From assembly GCA_045837725.1 (NCBI GenBank), contig JBEWZL010000138.1:1-64000 (forward strand): a stretch of 64,000 nt of DNA. Direction: 5' to 3'. The position numbers and the translations under genes were made by a program. Source of the stretch: Vermamoeba vermiformis. Taxonomy: Eukaryota. The notes below the pieces were generated by a model, which was given only the letters and a program-made list of their open reading frames with translations, was not told where the DNA came from and ran no database searches. Positions 52,012 through 62,858 of the stretch are shown here, piece by piece (position 1 is the stretch's first letter; each line of letters opens with the position of its first letter).

Positions 52012-54181
52012 ATGGCACAAAATGACCAAGTTGAACAATTAAAACTCAAAGGAAATGAGGCCTTTGGAAAGAAAGACTACAACAATGCTATAAAATATTA
52101 CACAGAGGCTCTTACACTCGATCCTAAGAATTTTTCTGTGTTTAGCAATAGATGCAGCGCTTATTTCTCACAAGAAAAATTTAGAGAAGCTTTAAACGAT
52201 GCTAAGCAATCTGTTAATATTAACCCAGACTTTGGCAAGGTAAGCATTAATTTTAGAATTATTTTACGATTTTATGCATGTTTAATATTTTACTCTTCCG
52301 ATTTAAGGGCTATTATAAGTTAGGAATGGCTTACGCCGCATTAAATCAACCTAAAGAAGCCGCGAAAGCTTTTAACAAGTATGTAGCTAGTAGAGAAAGC
52401 TTAGACAAACTTTGATCTGACTAAATCGCAATTGTAGAGCATTATCTCTCGATCCTAGTAACGCTGATACTCTTTCCCAATATGAAAAAAATCAAGCAGC
52501 TCATATTGGTAAGTTAATACATTAAAAGATAAAATTTTTTTCTGACACGCGATCAGATCGCTACTTTTCAAATAAGACTAAGGGTCAGCCAGTCGAAGTT
52601 AAATGGATTTCTATACACAAAGGCAAAGGAGTATTTGCGGCACGAAATTTCAAGGAAGGAGAAGTGATTACACTTGAAGAGCCGATCTCATCGCATAGAG
52701 TACTCAACAAAAATACTGTAAGCATCAGAAATGTACCAAACACTAAAAATACTACCGTTCATATATAACGCACCGAATACTAATTATTTTGCATGTAGGC
52801 CATTAAATGTTGTGGATTTTGTATGCGATCTTATTTGTCGCCAGAAAATTTAGGCCCGAATGGCGCTAAATATTGGAAAGAAATGTATAGTGGAGCTAAA
52901 CCGGAGTGGATTTACTGTGAACATTGCAAAGTAAGTCAATCAGTAATTACACGAAGTTTTTATACGGACGAACCCGCTCTGAGATCGTGGTGTGGCTGCT
53001 TCCCGGTTATTATGCTAAATAACGCAATAAATTAAATAGGAAGATGAATTAAGCGAGTTCTACTGCTCAAAATCATGCAAGCAAAAGGCGTGGTCTAGTT
53101 ATCATCAATTATTGTGCCCTGGCTACGATTACAAAACGAAACAAAAAGCTAATACTGCCGGCCATGAATCTTTAAGAGCGCTTTATAAGCTGTGCACGTA
53201 AGTTTAATAATATTTATTGACTTGGATTTTATGCTCTGAACGGATGTTGTATCTCGAAACTTTGATCCATAATTGCAATACAAATCTAACGACTAATGTG
53301 TATAGGGAACATAATAAGTCACATCCGCTATTTATTATAAGAATGCTGGCCATAGTCCTCAGTCAAATGATTTTCAACCAAAAATCATTCGATGACGCCT
53401 GGGAATCGTTCTCTTTGTTCGTTTCAAGTAACGAGCCGTGTTTTGGCGAAGAATTAGGCGTAGAGACATTGATGAAGATAGTTAAAGACGAAAAATACGC
53501 TGTCGGTAAGTCAACTGTTTGGATCGGTAAAGGATGCGATTTTTAAATTTTTTAAATTTAGCCGCAAATGTAAATAATTATCGACATATTCATTGGGCCA
53601 TCGCTAAAAATGCACAATCGTTGAATCCAGTCTCAGATTTCCATCTCTATTTGAATTCTTTGCCCGAACCTACTCAGTTCCAAGTTGTAAAGGCGCTAGG
53701 CTACGAAACCACGCCTTTTTACTTCCTTCAATCAAAATTTATGAGTGTAAGTATACTCAATGTATTTACACTATGTTTCTAACATGTTTAGGGTCTCTCC
53801 GCTTGGGGTAACGGACTGTTTGCGATCGGAAATTCAATGAATCATTCCTGCGATCCAAATGTAGCAACTGCCAGTTCTAATAACTCTCATAAGTACGTAT
53901 ACTTACGTTTTTGCTTTAGCACGCACGCTTCACCGCACGTAACCAGATTTAAAAAAGTTCATCCACTCTGGCCTGAGACTTTCATTGATGGCTGATTTTA
54001 AGCATGATTCTAATACCATGAATTTAGGATAACGTTGTTAGCGATAAGACCAATCAAGAAAGGCGATGAACTGTCGATCTCGTACATTGACGAAACAAAA
54101 CCGTTTTCAGAGCGCCAAAAGTTACTTAACGAGTCATATTCATTTATTTGTCAATGTGAAAGGTGTAGTAAACAGATTTAA
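52012..54181 (+). CDS. TPR + SET/MYND lysine methyltransferase (SMYD-like)
   Basis: LKLKGNEAFGKKDYNNAIKYYTEAL (TPR); KGKGVFAARNF; CCGFC, CEHC, FYCSKSCKQKAWSSYHQLLC (MYND); MNHSCDPN; GDELSISY; FICQCERC. Confidence 0.92.
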
Positions 54182-54288
54182 TACTGATTCTGCTTGATAT
54201 TTTCATTTCGTTTTATTTGAATTTTTTTTGGATAAAGCCGTTACTCGTGATTTTGGCGTTATTATTCTACTGAAACAAGACAGCATAC

Positions 54289-56668
54289 ATGGATCAAATA
54301 GACGAAAAAGAAATTAATGACGAGTTACCGCCCGTTCCTGAAGGCTTTAACCTAAAACACGCCACTTGTAAGTCTAAATTTCAAATAAAATTTATTTATT
54401 CCGTAAAATAATTTAAATAACGATAAATAATGCTGCTGTATTATTATTACGTCATAAAATATTGGAATTTAGTGTTTTTGGGCTTGCCTAATTTTTTAAA
54501 TTTTAGTGGCCATGATCGGCGAACAAGGCACCGGAAAATCGACCATTATGGGGTTTGCTCGTGACCGTGGCGCTTTTAATAACGAAGTTCCTGAACCTAC
54601 AAGAGAATTGGACGAATGGCAAGTCCCCAACCAAGGACATGGTTTGCCTTTCGGCATCACCTTTAAAGATATTCGTACGTAGTACTATAGTAAATATTAC
54701 AATACCAATATTTTTAATTATTCATAAATAGCCGGCACGCCCGAATTTTTTGGCAACGTTTCAAATCATCTTCGCGACGCTTCTATCGTTTGGATCTTCT
54801 ACGACATTACTAGAAAAGAAACGTTTGATAATCTCGCCAAATGGATTCGATTGACGAATATTTATGCACCTAATGCTATCGTTTATTTGATTGGAAACAA
54901 ACTAGGTAAGTTTTTAAATTCTCGTTTTCATTTGAACCTTCTTTTCACTGAACGGGAGCTCCTAAACCGAGCGCTCTCGACTTTAATATAAATTGCTTAT
55001 ATTTATTGAAATGAAGTAGTACTAGAACTTCCATATGCGATCAAGAAGAATAATTCTTAATTTTTTGCCTAGATCTGGTCGAAGAGGACCCCGCAAAGCG
55101 ACAAGTGCCTCGTGAATTGGCCAGCAAAGTTGCAGCCAGACATAAAATTAAATTCTATGAGAATGGAAAGAACACGCAGAGAATATTCGAGTTTATTATC
55201 ATGCACAGCATTAAAAGTACGTAGAAAATAGAAAATTACTAATTTATTACTACGAAACAATTTGCAATTTCACCGTTGATATATTTTCAGTAAACTAATC
55301 GTATTTCCTTTTTTAGCTATTATCAAGGACCCGCGTAACGTCATTGGTTACCAGGGCAAAAAACAATCGACTTACGCTCAACATTATGCGAACGGAGCTT
55401 GGAACGAAGAAGCTTATCAGTTGATTGAAGCATTTGCAGACTGCAAGTTTGGCGCATATGGCCTGTATACCCCGATCGTGAAGTACACTGCTCCGAACTT
55501 ACTAAAAAAGGAAGTCCAAGACAAGATTTTGGACATGAAAGCCGATAACTCCGCCATGAAGGCCGTGCTGGTCTGGATCCACTTTATGCAACGAAATTTC
55601 GCGGCGCCGAAAGAATTGTTGCAAATGCTGCAAATTACGTCAGTGATCGATATCAACGAGCTCAAATTAGACTTGCTCCGAGAATTCGTGAAAAATATTG
55701 GATCCGACAATGTTTTTGAAATGATTGAATTTGGCTAATGCTATCAAATTCGAAAATCCTAATGATAGAACGCTGTTAATGGAGTGCTTATTCGAAACAG
55801 CCAATTGGTGCAAATCAGAGACTGAAATTTCGCATCATTTGGACGACCAGACACTTGCAGAATTCACTGAATATCAAGCTAAGAACCAAGTGCCACAAAT
55901 GGAAAGTGAAATGGACAGAGAATCGAACCCCAACTTATGGTTCCAAATTGGTGCAAAGCTTTATGAAGAACGAGATACAACGGGAGATTTAACGGTGCAC
56001 ATTGGCTTGGAGTCGATGAAAGTGCACAAATTGATCGTGGCGAGACGTTGCGATTATTTTAAGACAGTTTTGACCAGTCTTTTCCGAGAACACTCCCTAA
56101 GTAAGCGTCTCTCAACAATATTTCCTTATTTGGAAAAATTAAATTCAAATCATACCGAAACTATTCAAATTGTTTCATCAGATATTCCTGCTAATCTTTG
56201 CGTTAATTCTTTTGCTAATTACGTCTATTTTAAACAGACGCTGTTATGTTGGAAATTTCGAATGACGTGACATTGCACGCGGTCGAGTTGGTGATGCGTT
56301 ATCTCTACACGAATGACCCCTCACACATTACCGACCCGAACGATTGTTTGACGGTGACGGGCTTAGCGTCCTATCTCATGTTGACTAAAGATACCAAGTC
56401 GTCAGTCGATCACAGCGGTCTGTTAAGTCACTGCGAAAACACGACCGTGGAAAGTATCACGATTGATAATTGCATTGAGCTGATTGGCCAGGCTTTTCAG
56501 GACAAGGACGATGAAGTGCTGCGCTTGTCTACGAACTTCGTGGTGGAACATTATCAGGACATTGTGGCCAAGTACGAGAACGAATTCGTCAAGTTGCCCA
56601 AGGCACTGTTGTTCGTTGTCATGAACAAAGTGTTGTTTAACGTTATCAAGGCCAAACGAGCCAAGTAA
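54289..56668 (+). CDS. Rab/Ras-like small GTPase fused to BTB domain(s); one apparent frameshift
   Basis: VAMIGEQGTGKST (G1); DI|PGT (G3); YDITRKETFDNLAKW; LIGNKL|D (G4); C-terminal BTB TGDLTVHIGLESMKVHKLIVARRCDYF...VELVMRYLYT; frame break at 55730-55732. Confidence 0.85.
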
Positions 56669-56946
56669 AATAAACCTCTAGTCCTTCGTTCCTAGTATTG
56701 CAGTCGCGAGGCGTCGAGGTGGCTGAGGAAGATCAAGATCGACCACAACCTTTTGTCGTATAATCTTTAATAATGAATTCCATTGATCTATTACTGAGAG
56801 CATTAATTAATTGCAAAATAAGGCCTTAAATCAGAATGAAAGAATTTGGCGCGTTCTTCAGGCAAAAAGATTCATTTTTTGTTTATTTTTGTTTTGCTCA
56901 CCACAAGGGCGACTTTTCTATAAAGTAGAGCGTTAGATTAAATACC

Positions 56947-59900
56947 ATGGACAAGTTATTTCAAACTTTTTGGGAAGTCAAAGGATTCAATCGTTTCTTT
57001 GACGTGCCCAAACAACGCACTCAAGAAGAACAGCTCAAATTGCTGACTGAAGTATTTGAAGATATGGCCATTAGTGGCGGAAAAAGAGAGGGTAATGAAA
57101 AATAATTTTTAGAGCACGTCTAAATTTTAAATCAATTTTTGAGCGCGATCTCCTAAATTTCGGAGAATTTACTCATTGTTCTTTTTTAGGTCTCGTAATG
57201 CCTATTAGCTCTTTATTTATGTCTATAAATGATGCTACCAGCAAGGTTAAAGAAAATGCTGTTTCGATCTCGCATGCAGGATTTGTTGCCGCGGGTAAGC
57301 CACTCTTAAACGGATATTTTTAATAATATTTTTGTCTCACCTCGTTATTATTAGGCATGATTAAGGCCCTAGTGGATGTCGGCAATAAATGCATTGACGA
57401 CAAAGCCTTCAGAAAGTTCGATCAGAACGACTTTTGTCCGTACTACTGCGCGCATATTTTATCCGCAGTCGTAGCAGACACGACACTACAACAACGAGCT
57501 ATCGATGAAGGTGCGTTCGACTTGTTCGTCAGATTCTTTAAAGGCGGTTTGAGTTGGGCTGAAGCACGCACATCCGCTAAAGGTCTCAGCACGTTAGCAG
57601 CCACCGAATACATCCAGTTATTTACGCCCGACATTATCGTGCAAGCTATTGAACACTTCGTCAATTCGTGGACCACTCCCTACACGCACTTCATTCAAAA
57701 GCCCCTCAAAAGGTACGTGTCAACAGCAGATCAATTTTTACTCATACTTCACCCTTGATTAGATTTCAAGTATTATTGATGAAAATAGATATACCTCATG
57801 CAAAATTTTTATAAATCACTTCCCTATGCTCCCGCAAGGTTGGCATCCGACGCAGCAAATTTTTCTAGATCGAGTTTGAAAAAAAAATTTTTGCTGTCCT
57901 ATCAACAGTTCGTTCCATACGACGTTAGCGGAGCATATTTAGGCATTGCTATTGTTATAATGAGATATCTTAATTCATTTTTTATTAATGACTCCTCCTA
58001 CTGTCGTTGCTAATTTATTAATTGACAGAAAAAATCCTTGGTGCGATATTATGACTCGTGGCGAAGCAGGCACCGACGAAGAAACATTTTTGGCCTTTTA
58101 TTGGATGGAGAACTTGCGCTCGTGGTCTGGCATGATTGTGCACCATTATTTCAAGGCCAAACCACTCGAGGTACGCAAAAACTCTTTCAATTTACCAACT
58201 AATTCAAAAATTAACCTTACTGGAGGGCTAAAAATACTAATCCTATAAAATATTCTATCTATATTGGTGGCTCGATTTCAAATTACCTTGTTTTGTGCCG
58301 TACGAATTGAAAAATGAAAATTTATTTGGGCGTTGGTTGGCTTTATTATATTTAATATTTAGAATATGTATTTTGCTTTAAAATGTGTTTACTAATGTTC
58401 AATGCGTCTACCAGGGCACTAAGATATTCATCGAGAATCCGCAGCTGTTTGACGCGTTGCCAATCAGTTTTTATTATGAAAATCAATTGACCGATGCTCC
58501 CGACGAATTTGGTTCCGTGTAAGTTTGTAGATTACCCTTAAACCGCTAGTTACTCGCACTATTTGCCAATTTTACGTAGAATTTTTTTTAAACCTCGAAC
58601 ACCTTTTGTTGCCTTAACAAATTAAGACCTAGTTGCAACGGAGACTGATCCTTATTTTTGACCTATAATCACTATATATGGCTTTTAATTTTTTAATTTT
58701 CATAATTAAATTGCACAACTCAAGCCAGCCCAAAAAATCGATTTCCAAAAAACTTATTTTAAAGCTATTAAGCGGTTTACAATATTGGTTGATATCAAAC
58801 CTCAAATGTCTCCATAAGGATTAATTATTAATTTAAATATTATAGTCCCTTATGGGCCGTAATGACGTTAGAATCGATGGCGACAATTGAACTCGGTCGA
58901 AAAACCATTCTCGCTAACGCTAACGTCGTGCGTGTGATGCAAGAGATTGGACGTGGTGCACTCACGCACTGGGACCGCTTGTTGAATGTCATTCTCGCAT
59001 TGGTCTCGCACGAGGACTCGCGGGCCCGTGCCATCGAAGTGTTTGGCGAACTCATTTGCGACGTGCGGAATGCAACTTTTGGAACCAAAGTAAGTCTCGT
59101 ATTATACACAAAAGGGAGCATTTTTACCTTATATAGAATATATTTCTATATTTGGAATAATTGTTAAAAGTACATTCAAAAAAATCTGCGAAAAATGCTT
59201 GGATCCGGCCCAAATATTTTTTTTACTTGCCAAATGGCACGTATATATACTATATTATTTTAAGATAAGATAATTTTGATATATATTCAAATATGCATGA
59301 AAATTCGGCCTGGATCGTAACGCATTTTTTTTGAACTTTATTTTTCATCCGTTTGTTTGTTAACAATTCCCCAGGGCAAGATGATACCCCTCGGTGAAAT
59401 GTTAGTGGAAAAAGTGCTCGAGCCGTACTTCAACGAACCGAACTACCAAGCCAAGAGCAAGCAAGAACAAGACTGCATCAACGAACTCGTGCAACAAATG
59501 GTCAAAAATCAATCGGGCCAATCACCTGCTGGCAAATCACGTGTCGATAAAGCGAAAAAATTGAAAGACGAGGGCAACAACAGCATCACGAGTGACATCA
59601 AACTGGCCATTCAGCTGTACGAAGAAGCCATTCATTTGTGTCCGGAGACCCAAAAAGAGGTCATAGTTGCCTTATATAGCAATTTGGCCGAGGCCTATTC
59701 GCGACTAAAACAGTCAGTCACGGACCCTAAAGTCAAAGAAGAGTGCAATTGGAAGATCATCAAATGGAGCACTCGTGCGCAGTGCATCGAACTGCACCAC
59801 CCGAAGACTCTTTGGAAACGCGCTAGTGCTTATTGCGAGCTGGGACTAGCAAGGTAATAATACACATCTTATAATACGATGTCAACTGATTCGGACAAAT

Positions 59901-60423
59901 GACTAAATAAGGAGATAATTATAATAACCTAATAAGGAAATTAAAGGCTTGTCAGATCCAGGTTGACACTCGGAAATTTCGTTACGCACTTATGATTTCA
60001 ACAATAACACGAATTACATCGTAATTGCTTTGTCCTATTAATAGTAATAATAGAAATCAAATTAGTATTATCAGTTTTCAAATTCCCGACACGTGATTTA
60101 CTTAATTCTTTTATAATGACAGGGCCGCACTGGAAGACATGAACAACTTCAGCATGACAACGAAGACCCTGACCGAAGAAATGAAGTCGTTGATTGCAGA
60201 CTGTTCAGCGTTGTGTCACCCGTACAGCTACTTGCATGCAAAGTTTGGTCCGATTGAACGAGAGGACGAGGGCCACGATGACGATGACGACGATGAGAGT
60301 TACAGCATCAACAACAAAGTGGGCAGAGAGCGCAAGAAAGTTCGACAAGCATTGTTTGGCGTTATCAGTCACGTGGAGCACATGAAATCGAATCTGTATC
60401 CGTTGAAAATGATCAACAAATGA
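56947..60423 (+). CDS. ARM-repeat/TPR protein
   Basis: DQNDFCPYYCAHIL...GGLSWAEARTSAKGLSTLA...WCDIMTRG; C-terminal TPRs AKKLKDEGNN...AIQLYEEAIHLCP...LYSNLAEAY...HPKTLWKRASAY. Confidence 0.8.
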
Positions 60424-60629
60424 GTACGGGCACCGTAATTTCCGTTGTGAGTGCTAAGTAAATTTTTGCACCAATATTACTTGGACCTAATTACCGACAT
60501 TCAGCCTTATGAATTGATATTTATTACGAGCTATTCTAATTATCTGTGGGCACAAAATGAAGCAGGCGGTTCTGTAAAAATTCAAAAAAAGTTTCCTGCG
60601 GAAATATAGAATAAACAACATGTTTTTTG

Positions 60630-62650
60630 TTACAATAATAGTACAATTGACAATGCGCTAAACAACAGAACACCAGTCTCAACGAGTTTAAAATTTGTTG
60701 CAGATCCGGAACTCGTTCCTTGATCCGATGATGGTGTCGTAGCAACTGGGCTATCCGTAGTACTAGACACAAACGATGGTGTATCAGCTACTGGCACATC
60801 GTCCATTGGTGCACCAACACCTAAAGGCACATCCACTGGCGGATCCACAGGACTGGAGACCGGTGTGTCGGCAACAGGTGACGCTGTTGGTGCTGAAGTT
60901 GGTGTGTAGACAGGGGAGGCTACGGGAGCAGCAGGTGGCGCAGTGGGTGTGGAGACTGGAGCAGCTACTGGGGCCACTGGAGGGGTCACTGGCGCCGCTA
61001 TCGGAGTCAGATCCGTCACACTGAAGACTCCTCCAAAACTGGACAAAATTTCTCCAGTACTATAAATACACAAACATTATTAAATTATAAGTAAGATACT
61101 ATCATAATATCATTTTTCAAATCAATATTTGGGTTTTTTGGTACTTACGCGTAACTCGACGAATCCGCATTTGCAACGATGTACGAAGAACTCACTGAAG
61201 CAGCTGCAAATGTAATCTGGGAATCGGACCACGTGTAAGGACCAGGGACTGCCGTATAAGGCAAGACTTCGTTCTTCAAGACCGACGACCAGCCGTGAGG
61301 GTTGGATCCGAATCCACGACCAGTCAGCTTGACCACGCCATTGGAAAAACTGATGCCAGTGATCACCGGAATAACTGCTGAATTATTCCGTGGGTCATAT
61401 GTTTTGTACCAATCGTGCATCACTCCTATTTTAGGCAATCATTAGGATCCGCTCAATTAACAAATTTTGCTATATAATCACCTTATAATCGAAATTTAAG
61501 AAGGATTATATTAATTTCATATAATAAAAGACTAATGATCAAATTGAGATACGCTTTGCGGAGATCCGATCCAGATCTTGTCGACTTACCTCCCACAGTT
61601 GAAATCACCCAAGCGTGCGGCTGGTTATTAAATAGCAAATAAAATGTTCTAATGCCTCCCTTGGCCAATATCGCGTTCTCAGCGTCTTCATCCGACGGAT
61701 CCACAGCTGAATCGTTGATGCCGTGTACGCGCAACAAAGGAATTCTGAGAAACAATATTAGTCGTAGTTAAATATTAATCATAGTAGAACTGATATTATT
61801 ACTTAGTCTGCGCATAATATTCATCGGTGTACTGAGTTCCATAAGTTTTTTTGCCGCCGGACATTACAACAGCAGATGTGAGTCTGGATTCGACAGCAGC
61901 AAAAGCCTAAATGAAATATAGTATTAATATAAGAATACTATGATATTAGTTCGTACAGTCATTAAGAAAGCTCCGTACGAGTGGCCAAAAGCTGCGAATG
62001 AATCGTAAATAATAACGTTCGATCCGAATTGGGTCTGAAACTGCGTTGAAAACAATATATCGACGGCAGCAGTCGATCGACGTAAATTCTCTGGACTATC
62101 AGCGCAATCATCTAATCAATATTATAAAGTCAGTAAGATCGTTACAAAGATCCTCAGAATTTCTAATCTTTACTGTTTGTAAGGCCGTAGGCAACGCTAG
62201 GGCAACCGACGTAATGAGTAAGAGTAGGACCAAAGCACATATATCCGCGACTATAGAAGTATGGCTTGCAGTACTGGTTCAAATACAGATCGACATCGTA
62301 ATAATTTCCGTGGCCTACAAATAACGGTACGACGGGAGCCGACGCTAAAAATATTATAAGCACTACGTATGTTATATATTTTACGCTTACTTTGCGGGTC
62401 TGAAGCGAATTGAATCCATCCTGTAGTATTCCATCCGTTTTCGTAGTAAGTGTACTTCCAGGTGTACTTCGGAGGCGAAGGCTGTGCCGTGAATGTAATA
62501 GTACCTGGGAGAGTGACGAGGGTATAGGCCGCGATTTCAGTAACGATCCTATTCATCGGATGAAGTTAGATAAAAAAATTTTTGTAGCGGATTTGACCCA
62601 AAAAAAATTACTTACAATGTCGCTAACAAGCAGAATAATATTCCTCGCAT
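60630..62650 (-). CDS. Secreted/GPI-anchored alpha/beta-hydrolase with IPT/TIG-like domain and Pro/Thr stalk
   Basis: Signal peptide MRGILFCLLATL; nucleophile elbow AFGHSYGA; PLLRVHGINDSAV (Asp); NQPHAW (His); PVITGISFSNGVVKLTGRGFG (IPT-like); PVAAPV repeats; hydrophobic C-terminus. Confidence 0.8.
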
Positions 62651-62858
62651 ATTCTGTTATGTTAGCTGTTAAAGATCAATACGTTAAATTAAAAATAGCG
62701 TAACCAACAAAACAAGGGCAGTCTTTCGGCAGTTGTGGTCCAAAAGATTTTACTCGTGGACCAAAATAAGAATCGCCGAAAAATAATACAGGAATATTGT
62801 ACAATTAATTAAGAAAGTTAACTCCTGCTCTCGTTCACTTCTTTTGGATCAACGTGAA

